This document shows, one piece after another, positions 37,323 through 46,661 of a stretch of DNA of 64,000 nt (position 1 is the stretch's first letter; each line of letters opens with the position of its first letter). The stretch spans positions 2,855-66,854 of the forward strand of contig CAVIDY010000001.1 in the NCBI GenBank assembly GCA_963641885.1, in the 5' to 3' direction. The notes under the pieces are model-generated. The model was not told the DNA's origin and made no database searches. It was given only the letters and a program-made list of their open reading frames with translations. The position numbers and the translations under genes were made by a program. This stretch comes from Bacteroidaceae bacterium. Lineage in GTDB: Bacteria; Pseudomonadota; Alphaproteobacteria; RF32; CAG-239.

Positions 37323-39944
37323 TTAATCACGACCGCCGCGAGTGGTAAAACTTCTGCTTCTACCGCGAACTTTGTTGCTGTTCACATCAAGGTTGCCGTC
37401 AGTAGCGCCTTCGTTAATAACCACTTTTCTCTGTGCTGGCGTTTCATTAACAACCTCTTCACTGATATGAACAGGCTTTTTAGCAGGAGCCTCGTTTACA
37501 ACCACTTCTTCAGTAGCAACAGGCTGTTTTTCCGGTTCTGGAGCAGGCGTCGGAGCTGGAGCCGGTTCAGCTTCCACAACCGGCTGCGGAGCAACATGCT
37601 GATGATGAGCAGCAACCTTGCGCGCTGCGCGTTCCCAAGCGTTTTGATAATCATCGCCGCATCTCATACGTCCGCCAACATAGCGGTTATTTGTAATACC
37701 GCGGTCAGCATCAGGTCCGATATAACCGCCTCGTTTTTCATCAACATAATCCAGCATTTGACCGATTTTAGCCGCCGGAACCTTAACTTTTTTACCGCAC
37801 AGAATAATGTCATTCAGCGCACGCATAACTTCGGTTCTTTCTTTTCCGTTATACATTGGCAAACCATTTTCATCTAACTTGGTAACCAACATTCCTTTTG
37901 GTCCAACAGAAGCTTGTTCGGTGGTTTCAATCAATTTCATATATTTATACAAAACTTGCTCTTTAGTTAAGTTACCAAAATATTCCGGATTAGCTTTCAT
38001 AGCGTTATCCAAATTTTGATAAGTTTCCTGCCACATATCTTGTGGATTGATGTTTTCTTTACCAAAAATTTTAGCATGGTTTTCAAAAATCCCTGGTAAT
38101 TTACGCTGCATTTCTGCCCAGTGCGATTCGCTTATGCCCATATCTGCATTATATTCTGTTGGAACAACCGCAGCGGCATCAGCAGCATCTGCTGCATTGT
38201 CAACTACAGCTTTGCCCAAATTACCTGCTGTGCCATTGCCGGACAAAACTTCCGCTTTTGTTGTATCAACTGCGGCAACATTTGCTGTATCTGTTTGCGC
38301 AATTGAATCATTCTTTGAAAAGATACCTTTAACCTTGTCCATAAAGCCACCTGAATTTTCAGCAGCTGCAACTTTTTCAACATGCGCAAAGCTCAGGAAA
38401 TTTCCTGCCAAAGCAATAACGCTGCCCAAACCCAAGCCGATCTTAGCTTGTTTCAATTTAGCTCTGTTTTCTGCAGACGGGTCGGCTTTAAAGTCTTTTT
38501 TCACGTCATGGTAATTCAAGCCCTGATTGGTTAAAGAGCCGACAGAACGCACTACCGTAGAAACCAAACGCGCCGTAGCCACGCCAGCTTTATCAGCAAC
38601 CCAGCCGGAAGTTATCCCCATTCCGGCAACCAAACCTGCGCCGGCAATGCCGAAACCTGTTCCGGTGTAAGCTCTGTTTTTATATTTCTTATATTCTTTT
38701 TCATCGCTTTTAATTGCGGCAAAGGCTTTTTTCAATCCCTTGAAACCTGTCCACTCTTCAGCATCTTTTCCGGCTTTCTTTGCCTCGCGGATAGCTTTTG
38801 TTTTCTTTTCAACCAATGGCCATACCCAAGAACCGGCGGCAGAATATACCGCATATCCGGCAATCACTGGCAATGCCAAGCCTGAACCAGCTGAAACGGC
38901 AACAATTCCGGTAGCAGCGGTGTCGGCAAACAAACGCCATTTATTGTTTTTAATGTGTTCAGCAGCAGCTTGTTTAACTTCATAAGCTTTGCCGAACAGG
39001 TTTTTCATTTTAGAATCATATTGCTCGCGACGCTTGCCAAATACCGAAGCAACTTTCTTAAAGCCCTTCTGCAGCCAACGATGGGTATAAGACGCCATTT
39101 TTTTGGAAGTTTCTACGGCATTATGCAAAAAGAAACCTGTTTTAACTTTGACTTTATTGCCTTTTTCAAACAAATCGCTCAAAGCTTTTTCAGCCTTAAC
39201 AGCTTGAGATTTTACATATTTCGCATAATCTTTGCTTTCCGGCGCAACTTGTTTTTCATTAGGAGTATCCATTGCACTTCCGGCAACGCCTTGAGCCAAG
39301 CCAATAGCCCAAAAATCTTTAATATCGCGGTTTAAGGTTTGGCGTTTTTCCTCTTCTTTTTTCATAAAGAATTTAGTATCGCCTGCACGCAGCATAATAG
39401 CCTGCTGTTTTGCCGTTTCCAACAAAGAATCCCAATACTTTTGTGCCTCATCAGCTGTCAATGTTTGACCGGAGTCGTCAACCACTTCAACTTTTTCTTT
39501 TAAGGTGTTTAATTCGTCGGCATTAGCCTGATCTTTTTCAAAAGAATCCGCCATTTCGCTGATTTTTTGCGTATTGCGCAAAACAGCTTCTTCATCTTGC
39601 ATATTCAGATGATTTTCTTCATCAAAAACTTCTTGCTCATCGGCAGTTTCTTCTTGAACAGCCTTGTCGCCTTTCAAAAGTTTCAAAGCCGCGTCCATGC
39701 GTTCGTCATATTCTTCATCAGCCAAAGCCTGCTGCAAATATGCCTTAGCCCGAGCTTTTTTAGCTTTTGCAACTGATTGTTCGTCTTTTAACGGTATCAA
39801 AACTTCATTTTCGGCATCATGTTCTTTCAAATAAGCTACGGCGGCGTCAAACTCACTGCCAAACTCATAACCTTCTTTAATCAAGCGTACTGCCTCTTCT
39901 ACCGTCATTTCTTTAGCCATTGTCATTAACTCCTTGTCAGACAT
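37323..39944 (-). CDS. Large (873 aa) protein of unknown function: acidic coiled N-terminus, Gly-rich hydrophobic hairpins, globular C-domain, Pro/Ala linker and an Arg-rich tail
   Basis: One long uninterrupted ORF. It has no signal peptide and I recognise no family. Confidence 0.75.
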   Translation of the reverse strand: MSDKELMTMAKEMTVEEAVRLIKEGYEFGSEFDAAVAYLKEHDAENEVLIPLKDEQSVAKAKKARAKAYLQQALADEEYDERMDAALKLLKGDKAVQEETADEQEVFDEENHLNMQDEEAVLRNTQKISEMADSFEKDQANADELNTLKEKVEVVDDSGQTLTADEAQKYWDSLLETAKQQAIMLRAGDTKFFMKKEEEKRQTLNRDIKDFWAIGLAQGVAGSAMDTPNEKQVAPESKDYAKYVKSQAVKAEKALSDLFEKGNKVKVKTGFFLHNAVETSKKMASYTHRWLQKGFKKVASVFGKRREQYDSKMKNLFGKAYEVKQAAAEHIKNNKWRLFADTAATGIVAVSAGSGLALPVIAGYAVYSAAGSWVWPLVEKKTKAIREAKKAGKDAEEWTGFKGLKKAFAAIKSDEKEYKKYKNRAYTGTGFGIAGAGLVAGMGITSGWVADKAGVATARLVSTVVRSVGSLTNQGLNYHDVKKDFKADPSAENRAKLKQAKIGLGLGSVIALAGNFLSFAHVEKVAAAENSGGFMDKVKGIFSKNDSIAQTDTANVAAVDTTKAEVLSGNGTAGNLGKAVVDNAADAADAAAVVPTEYNADMGISESHWAEMQRKLPGIFENHAKIFGKENINPQDMWQETYQNLDNAMKANPEYFGNLTKEQVLYKYMKLIETTEQASVGPKGMLVTKLDENGLPMYNGKERTEVMRALNDIILCGKKVKVPAAKIGQMLDYVDEKRGGYIGPDADRGITNNRYVGGRMRCGDDYQNAWERAARKVAAHHQHVAPQPVVEAEPAPAPTPAPEPEKQPVATEEVVVNEAPAKKPVHISEEVVNETPAQRKVVINEGATDGNLDVNSNKVRGRSRSFTTRGGRD

Positions 39945-40185
39945 ATTAACTCAATTTATAGTGTGACTATACACTATTTTGGCAGTGATTGCAATATCTT
40001 TTTTGTCAAAAAAATGTAAAAAAACAAAAAAATCTACATATTTAAGCCATAAAACCGCTATTATTGCCCCAACTTGACAAATAGAACAAATATTGTCAAA
40101 TATTTAGCAAAAAAGCGCTTGCGTTTAGTTCCGGCATATATTACAAGATATACAAAGCAAACGCAAAATAAGGACATGAAAAAAG

Positions 40186-41268
40186 ATGAAAGTTGATATT
40201 TTTGATTTTGATTTGGATAAAGATTTAATTGCCAAAAAGCCAGCAGACCCGCGCGACAGCTCGCGCCTATTGGATTTGTCCGATGAAACCTCTATGTACG
40301 ACCGCCATTTTTTTGATTTGCCGAAAATTTTGCGCCCTGATGATGTTTTGGTTTTTAATGACACTAAAGTAATTCCTGCCCGCCTCTACGGTCAGCGCGG
40401 CGAAGCACTGGTGGAAGTGACGCTCTATCACCCTGACGACGGTATCAGCTGGTGGGCTTTTATCAAAAACGCAAAAAGATTACATATTGGCGATATTGTT
40501 CACTTTTACACAGCGGAAATTTCTGCCGAAAATTCTGATTTCAGCGCCGAAGTGCTGCAAAAAGACGATGAAGACGGCGTTAAAATCCGTTTTACCTGCT
40601 CTCCTGACGACCTTGGCAAAAAACTAGAGCAATACGGTTCCATGCCTTTACCGCCTTATATCAAACGCGACAAACCACTTGCCGGATTATGGAATCCGTA
40701 TAATGACAAAGAAGACTATCAAACAGTATACGCCAAGCATGAAGGTGCCGTTGCCGCTCCGACAGCCGGTTTGCACTTTACCGACCGCCTGCTTAAAGAA
40801 ATTGACGATATGGGAATTAAACGAGTGTTCTTAACCCTGCATGTTGGCGCCGGCACATTTTTGCCAGTAAAAACCGAAGACACCGAAAATCATAAAATGC
40901 ACTCCGAATATGGCGTAATCACGCCTGAAGCTTGTCAAATTATAAACGACGCCAAAAAACAAGGACGCCGTATTATCGCCGTCGGCACAACCTCTGTCCG
41001 CTTGCTGGAAAGCACTGCCGACAATTCCGGAGTTTTACACCCTTTCTGCGGCGAAACAAGCATTTTTATCACCCCTGGCTATAAATTCAAAATTATTGAT
41101 ATGATAATCACTAATTTCCACTTGCCTAAATCCACCTTGTTTATGCTTATCTGCGCCATTGCCGGAACCGAAAGAATGAAAGCCGCTTATGCTCACGCCA
41201 TTAAAGAGCGCTATCGTTTTTATTCTTACGGCGACAGCTCTATTTTAAAATGTATAAACAAAATTTAA
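40186..41268 (+). CDS. queA: S-adenosylmethionine:tRNA ribosyltransferase-isomerase
   Basis: 360-aa ORF with QueA landmarks (MKVDIFDFDLDKDLIAKKPADPRDSSRLL, TAGLHFT, VGTTSVR). Confidence 0.95.
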   Translation: MKVDIFDFDLDKDLIAKKPADPRDSSRLLDLSDETSMYDRHFFDLPKILRPDDVLVFNDTKVIPARLYGQRGEALVEVTLYHPDDGISWWAFIKNAKRLHIGDIVHFYTAEISAENSDFSAEVLQKDDEDGVKIRFTCSPDDLGKKLEQYGSMPLPPYIKRDKPLAGLWNPYNDKEDYQTVYAKHEGAVAAPTAGLHFTDRLLKEIDDMGIKRVFLTLHVGAGTFLPVKTEDTENHKMHSEYGVITPEACQIINDAKKQGRRIIAVGTTSVRLLESTADNSGVLHPFCGETSIFITPGYKFKIIDMIITNFHLPKSTLFMLICAIAGTERMKAAYAHAIKERYRFYSYGDSSILKCINKI

Positions 41269-41307
41269 ACCCTTTATCATTATACTACCTGCCAAAGGAG
41301 CAAAACA

Positions 41308-42480
41308 GTGATAGAATCCGGCAGTGTAAAATATGTGATGTCAACTATAAAAAGTTCTTTTTTACCGGCGATATTATTTGCCGGTGGTTTGATTTTATTT
41401 TATGCGCAAAACCCTTATGCCGCTGAAACATCTTTATCCTTACATCTAGCTTTTTATATTGTTTCAATCGTAGGTTTGGCGGTGTTGGCGCTGGTTAACC
41501 ACTCCAAACCGTTTTTCAGTTTCTTAACCGGAGTCATCTGCTACTTTTTTCTAAACTGGAGCAAAAACAGATATGGAGCTGAATACACTTCTTCTTTTGA
41601 ATATTTATGGCTATGCTTTTTGCCTCCGTTAAATCTGCTTTTATTTTACTTTTTGAAACCGCAGAAACTGCAAAGCCGCAGCAGTTTTTGGATTATAATT
41701 GCCTTGTTGGGACAATTAGCGTTTATTCAGCATTTCGGCAGCATTATACTGCAATTGCCATACACCGACATCTGCTTTGGCGCAATGCCTATGGAAGCTG
41801 CAGTTTTATGGATATTAGTTCTAGCTCCAATCGCCATTGACATCAGTTTCAAAAACACCCATCTTAACACCGGACTTTTATATGCTGACACCTGCCTATT
41901 TTTAGGATTGATGTATTCAAGTTCCGCTTCGGGAGCAACCACTTTCTTTTTAAGTTTTGCCATGATTTTATGCTGCACCACCATCTTAGACCTCTATCAT
42001 CAGTATAATTACGATGGTTTAGAAAATGTCGGTAGCTATAACGCCTATTTATCCTGCGCCAACAATAACAAATTTAAGTATAAATACACTATAGGCTTGT
42101 TCTGCATCGACAACAGCGACAAACTGCAAAAAGTTTTAGGCGAGCGCAAAATGCGCGAATTAGAGCAAATGTTGGTAAACCGTATAATTGAATTTCCTTA
42201 TAATATTTCCGTTTACCGCTATGCTCAAACACCGGAGCTGATTATGGTTTTTCAAAATGAAGACGCCAAGCATGTTATGGAATATGCTGAAAACGTGCGC
42301 CACGTTATAGCGGCTTCAGAATTTATCTTTTCAAATGGAAAAAGCATAAAAATAACCATATCGGTCAGCGTCTCCGAAAAAACCCGCTTAGACTTAAACG
42401 CCACCAGCGTAACTTCCAGAGCTCATACCTCTCTGCAAAAAGCCTATCGCTTTAACTGCAATATTGTTACCAAGGCTTAG
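41308..42480 (+). CDS. Polytopic membrane protein with a degenerate C-terminal GGDEF domain
   Basis: GTG start with an AAAGGAG Shine-Dalgarno 7 nt upstream. The C-terminal ~160 aa align to GGDEF landmarks, but the active site reads RYAQTPEL instead of RxGGDEF. Confidence 0.55.
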   Translation: MIESGSVKYVMSTIKSSFLPAILFAGGLILFYAQNPYAAETSLSLHLAFYIVSIVGLAVLALVNHSKPFFSFLTGVICYFFLNWSKNRYGAEYTSSFEYLWLCFLPPLNLLLFYFLKPQKLQSRSSFWIIIALLGQLAFIQHFGSIILQLPYTDICFGAMPMEAAVLWILVLAPIAIDISFKNTHLNTGLLYADTCLFLGLMYSSSASGATTFFLSFAMILCCTTILDLYHQYNYDGLENVGSYNAYLSCANNNKFKYKYTIGLFCIDNSDKLQKVLGERKMRELEQMLVNRIIEFPYNISVYRYAQTPELIMVFQNEDAKHVMEYAENVRHVIAASEFIFSNGKSIKITISVSVSEKTRLDLNATSVTSRAHTSLQKAYRFNCNIVTKA

Positions 42481-43271
42481 TTTTGCTGCGGCTTAGCGGC
42501 AATCAATAAATACAGACCGCCGATAAAAGCAGGCAGGGAAAGCAGTTGCCCCATCGTTAGACCGCCCCACAAAAAACCGAGTTGCTCGTCCGGTTCTCTA
42601 AATTGCTCAACAATCAAACGGCACAAAGCATAGCCGAAAAGAAACGCACCGGAAATAAATCCCTTCCGTTCGCGGCACCATTTATTTTGCCACAGCAAAT
42701 TCAACACGATAAACAAGCAGATTCCTTCCAAGCAAGCCTCATAAAGCTGCGACGGGTGACGCGGCAAATATCCGCCGTGCGGAAAACGAACCGCCCACGC
42801 AACATCGGTAACCCTGCCCCATAATTCATCGTTTACAAAATTAGCCAGCCGCCCTAAAAATATACCAATTGGCACAAGCGGAGCTGCTAAATCCGTTAAA
42901 CGCAAAAATGAAAATTTCAATTTGTGCGAAACCAAAAGCATGGCTATAATCACTCCGATAATTCCGCCGTGAAACGACATTCCGCCATGCCAAACTGCAA
43001 AAATCTCTAAAGGATTCTGCCAAAACTGACCGGAGCCATAAGCCAAAACATATCCCAAACGTCCGCCCAAAATAATTCCCAAGGTAAAGTAAAAAACAAT
43101 ATCTTCCAAATTATTTTTAGTCAGGGATATTTGATATTTATTTATTCTTTTTGCCGCCAGCCACCATGCCGCCAAAATTCCCACTAAATAAGCCATAGAA
43201 TACCACCGCAAAGCAAATGGTCCTATTTGAAAAATAATCGGAGAAATCTCCGGATATGCCAAACCAATCAT
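42477..43271 (-). CDS. lgt: Prolipoprotein diacylglyceryl transferase
   Basis: MIGLAYPEISPIIFQIGPFALRWYSMAYLVG..., plus HGG and GRLANF motifs. I place the start at the internal Met (43271). Confidence 0.92.
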   Translation of the reverse strand: MIGLAYPEISPIIFQIGPFALRWYSMAYLVGILAAWWLAAKRINKYQISLTKNNLEDIVFYFTLGIILGGRLGYVLAYGSGQFWQNPLEIFAVWHGGMSFHGGIIGVIIAMLLVSHKLKFSFLRLTDLAAPLVPIGIFLGRLANFVNDELWGRVTDVAWAVRFPHGGYLPRHPSQLYEACLEGICLFIVLNLLWQNKWCRERKGFISGAFLFGYALCRLIVEQFREPDEQLGFLWGGLTMGQLLSLPAFIGGLYLLIAAKPQQN

Positions 43272-43500
43272 AATATCCCTCTGTTTTTTATTATTGCTTA
43301 AAAGTATATTAACAAAAATCAGATAATCCACATTTTAAAAAAATTATAAACACCCCAAATTTTTATCTCTTTGATATAATGTAATTTCTTTTTTTGCTAA
43401 CTTCGTAAAAAATAAAAAAAGTGGAAAACTTGCTAAAGTTAATTGTATTTTACCAAACTAATGTGCCAATTTTAAGATGTATTTTTCAAAAGGATTTGGC

Positions 43501-43977
43501 ATGCTGGCGCAAAAATTATATAAATATAACCCATTGGACGACATCGAATGTCTGTTTGCCAATCGGCAATATACAACAGAACGCCGCAATTCGCATGAAA
43601 TTGTCATTGAGGTTGCCGGCAAATGGGACAATATGCTGTTGTTTTTTGCATGGGAAGAAAATATGAACTGCCTGCACATTTCCTGTCTGTTGAATCTAGA
43701 ACCTGTCAATGTAAATCTGCCCAGCATTTTTGAGCTTCTTGCCCTCTTAAATGAAGACTTATGGGTTGGCTATTTCTCGTATTGGGAAGAAATGAAAATG
43801 CCTGTTTTCAAGCATTCGCTCTTTATTGACGCCGACGAATTTAATTTCAGCGGCAAGCTTCAACAGGTTATAAACATCGCACTCACCGAATGTGAACGAG
43901 CCTATCCGATTTTCCATGCTGTTCTAAAGCAAAATATTGCTCCGCGCAAAGCTTTACTGCCTCTTACTATAATGTAA
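43501..43977 (+). CDS. YbjN-domain (putative chaperone-like) protein
   Basis: YbjN-like pattern: EVAGKWDNMLLFFAWEENMNCLHISCLLNL...IFELLALLNEDLWVGYF. The ATG at 43501 has an AAAGGA Shine-Dalgarno. Confidence 0.6.
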   Translation: MLAQKLYKYNPLDDIECLFANRQYTTERRNSHEIVIEVAGKWDNMLLFFAWEENMNCLHISCLLNLEPVNVNLPSIFELLALLNEDLWVGYFSYWEEMKMPVFKHSLFIDADEFNFSGKLQQVINIALTECERAYPIFHAVLKQNIAPRKALLPLTIM

Positions 43978-44713
43978 TTTTACGCCATTTAATCCGGCAT
44001 CGTGATAATTCGGTTGTTTTATCGGATTCGCGAATGGAATGAAATGTGTCTTCACCGTCTTTTGCCGTTAAAACTGCAATTTTATCTCCGTAAACTGCGC
44101 TTTTTTTGAAATTTATTTCAATTTCCGCCGGAATATGCGTTAATCTAAAGTCTATTTCAGCACACTCACTAGCCCATAACGGATAAATGGCATTGTTTAC
44201 ATGATTATTGATGTCTATATCGTCAAAACGAACATTAAACGCATCTTCGCGCTCAAAATTATCCGGCTCTTTGATTTTCATAAAATCAACCGACAAAGCG
44301 CGCTCATTCAGCGGAGTATAATCCGGAAAATATTTGCTGAGCATCGCCGGACGCTTTCTGGCAATATCTATCAGCACCCATTGACTGCTGACTTTGATAA
44401 TAACTTTTCCATTATCATCATATACCAAAAAATCACGAATCGCGCCCCATAATTTGGTTTCTGCCGGCCAAGTTTCTATCACAAAATGCTCGCCTATTTT
44501 CGGCAGGCGCTCAATTTGCAAATAATAATCCGAGCCAAACCAAGTTAGCCCTTGTTTTACGCATTTTTCCAAACCAAAACCCAAGACATCGGCACTTTCC
44601 ATTGCCGCATCTTGCAACACATTCATCAAAGTAAGCAGGCGTAAAAAGCCATGACAATCGGCTTCATAGCTTTTTACGACATACTCTTTTCTTAATTTAG
44701 CAACATTTATCAT
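43967..44713 (-). CDS. Acyl-ACP thioesterase
   Basis: 248-aa double hot-dog protein. The N-terminus, YVVKSYEADCHGFLRLLTLMNVLQDAA, is typical of the FatA/B-like Acyl-ACP_TE family. Confidence 0.78.
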   Translation of the reverse strand: MINVAKLRKEYVVKSYEADCHGFLRLLTLMNVLQDAAMESADVLGFGLEKCVKQGLTWFGSDYYLQIERLPKIGEHFVIETWPAETKLWGAIRDFLVYDDNGKVIIKVSSQWVLIDIARKRPAMLSKYFPDYTPLNERALSVDFMKIKEPDNFEREDAFNVRFDDIDINNHVNNAIYPLWASECAEIDFRLTHIPAEIEINFKKSAVYGDKIAVLTAKDGEDTFHSIRESDKTTELSRCRIKWRKITL

Positions 44714-44718
44714 ATTAA

Positions 44719-45327
44719 CTAAAACAACTTAGTTCCGGCAGCAAATCCTGCCACTTTATATTTTTCGAAACGGCTTTCCAAACGTTTGGTATAGGCTTCG
44801 CCTTTTTGCGGATTTGCCGAATGATAGCGTTTGGCTGCCTTCTTCCAATTTTGTCCGTGCTTGCTGTACAATGTACGCAAAAATTTAGCGCTATATTTCA
44901 CGTTATTGGAAGGATCTATTGCTTCATCAACGGAATTAAATGCTTCTCCGTGATATTTCAAGTTAATTTGCATACAGCCCACGTCAATACTTTCAATTCC
45001 CTGTGCCTGAAATTTTTTTACAGCGCGCACAGCGTCTTCGCGTGAGGCAAAATAGTAGCCTTTTCCTTCAACATTAACTGTCCATGGCCAAGCCACATAT
45101 CTGTTTTGCAAATCATCCCATCTGCCGCTTTCCACCGCTGAAATGGTTTGCAGCAAATCAAATTTAACGCCGTATTCATTACCTGCTTCTTTTGCGGCAA
45201 TAGAACAAAGAGCACCGTCAGAAACCAGCTCTTTTACCGGCAGTAAGTCAGCGTCTCCGTTTGCATAAATAGCGTTACTAAAAAGCACCAGCCCGCTGGC
45301 TAACAAAAAACAAAATTTATTAAACAC
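44719..45327 (-). CDS. Lytic transglycosylase (SLT domain), secreted
   Basis: A signal peptide, then ISAVESGRW...PWTVNVEGKGYYF...DVGCMQINLKYHG. Confidence 0.85.
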   Translation of the reverse strand: MFNKFCFLLASGLVLFSNAIYANGDADLLPVKELVSDGALCSIAAKEAGNEYGVKFDLLQTISAVESGRWDDLQNRYVAWPWTVNVEGKGYYFASREDAVRAVKKFQAQGIESIDVGCMQINLKYHGEAFNSVDEAIDPSNNVKYSAKFLRTLYSKHGQNWKKAAKRYHSANPQKGEAYTKRLESRFEKYKVAGFAAGTKLF

Positions 45328-45624
45328 GATAAGGTGTCATCCTATAATGCCGCTTCACCGACAAACAGCATCCCGTCTTTTAAGAATTTCTGCTGTTTTT
45401 TGCAATCCAATGCAGTCAAGCCAAGAGGCGTTAAACACTTTTAACCCTTCATTAAAAAACATTAACGAACGATTAAACGTTGAGTCATATAGCACCTATT
45501 TTTTCAAAAATCCAGTAAAAAGAGTCCGATTCGCCGAAAATTTAAATCTTGACAGAACTTAACATATTGATTTGTCTTGATTTTATTTTATTATTTTATA
45601 AATAAACATTCCAATTTATAAAAC

Positions 45625-45652
45625 TTGAATTTTTTTTAAAAACCGCTATATT
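45625..45652 (+). promoter_or_regulatory. Candidate promoter of ssrA
   Basis: TTGAAT, a 16-nt spacer and TATATT, just upstream of the tmRNA precursor. Confidence 0.4.
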
Positions 45653-45658
45653 ATAAGG

Positions 45659-45956
45659 CGTCAGCTTGCTGACTATGACACCAGAAGCCTTATGAAATAG
45701 GTACATTGGACCCGGGGGCAGTACCCGGCACCTCCACCAATTTTATGGGGGTGAACCAGGCTCGACAGTGTATAGTAAAGATATGTGTTGTGTTCGGTGA
45801 GATACCACCGTTATCGGTTCAAATTTAAATGAATGCAAATGATAATTTTGCACCAGTTGCTGTAGCTGCTTAATTAAGCTAAAGTAACAAACTTAAATTC
45901 TTCTGCCTTTGGTTAGGCAAAAGTGGGGTCGGGGTCGCCCAGCAACAGAGAGACCC
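45659..45956 (+). ncRNA. ssrA: tmRNA (ssrA), circularly permuted two-piece alphaproteobacterial type
   Basis: The acceptor piece ends ...CACCTCCACCA at 45739. After a 7-nt spacer the coding piece starts GGGGGTG at 45747; it pairs with CACCTCC and gives G3:U70. The tag ORF at 45835..45873 encodes ANDNFAPVAVAA*. The outer boundaries are approximate. Confidence 0.85.
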
Positions 45957-45981
45957 TAAATTTTATTTTTTAGGTGATGTA

Positions 45982-46440
45982 ATGGTAAACTTTGTAGAAA
46001 AAATAGATTATGATGAACTGGTAGAAAAATCTTTACGCAGTGTGGTTTATTATGCCCTAAAAATTGTGGAAGAACAAGGTTTGCCTGGAGAAAACCATTT
46101 CTATATCACATTTAAAACCAATTTCCCCGGCACCATAATTTCTAAAAACCTGCAAGTGCAATATCCTGATACCATGACCATTGTATTGCAGAACCAGTTT
46201 GAAAATTTAGTGGTACGCCACAACAGTTTTTCTGTGGATTTAAGCTTTGGCGGCATTCCGCAGACCATCACCATTCCTTATGACGCTATAACCTATTTTG
46301 CTGACCCTTACGCCAAATTTGGACTAAGTTTCACGCTTGATGAAGGCAACACGCCGACAGCCAACAATTCTGCGGCTCCGCAATCTGCAGCCTCCGGTGA
46401 TGCTCAGGTTATTTCTTTTGACAGCTATCGCAAAAAGTAA
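45982..46440 (+). CDS. sspB: SspB-alpha-like ClpXP adaptor (stringent starvation protein B family)
   Basis: YDELVEKSLRSVVYYAL...GLPGENHFYITFKTNFPG...MTIVLQNQFENL matches the alphaproteobacterial SspB pattern. It lies immediately downstream of ssrA. Confidence 0.78.
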   Translation: MVNFVEKIDYDELVEKSLRSVVYYALKIVEEQGLPGENHFYITFKTNFPGTIISKNLQVQYPDTMTIVLQNQFENLVVRHNSFSVDLSFGGIPQTITIPYDAITYFADPYAKFGLSFTLDEGNTPTANNSAAPQSAASGDAQVISFDSYRKK

Positions 46441-46661
46441 TGATTAAAAAATCTGTTGTAATTGCCGGCAGGCACGCCACCAGCATTTGTTTGGAAAAAG
46501 AATTTTATGACGCTTTGCAGTCCATTGCCGACGAACAGCAAATCAGCTTAAATCGGCTGATTACTATAATCGACAGTGAACGCACCACTTCTAATTTATG
46601 CAGCGCTCTGCGTTTATATGTTTTGAAATATTATCAACAAAAATCAGCTACGCCAAAATGA
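46440..46661 (+). CDS. Ribbon-helix-helix protein (RHH_4 / PF13467-like)
   Basis: KKSVVIAGRHATSICLEKEFYDALQSIADEQQISLNRLITIID...NLCSALRLYVL. Its start overlaps the sspB stop. Confidence 0.75.
   Translation: MIKKSVVIAGRHATSICLEKEFYDALQSIADEQQISLNRLITIIDSERTTSNLCSALRLYVLKYYQQKSATPK

Noticed and set aside
37305-37877. A 190-aa plus-strand ORF and several others (38047..38514, 38955..39335) lie inside the 873-aa gene.
   Set aside because: They are antisense to a long uninterrupted ORF, and their translations are low-complexity Ser/Phe/Ile-rich junk.
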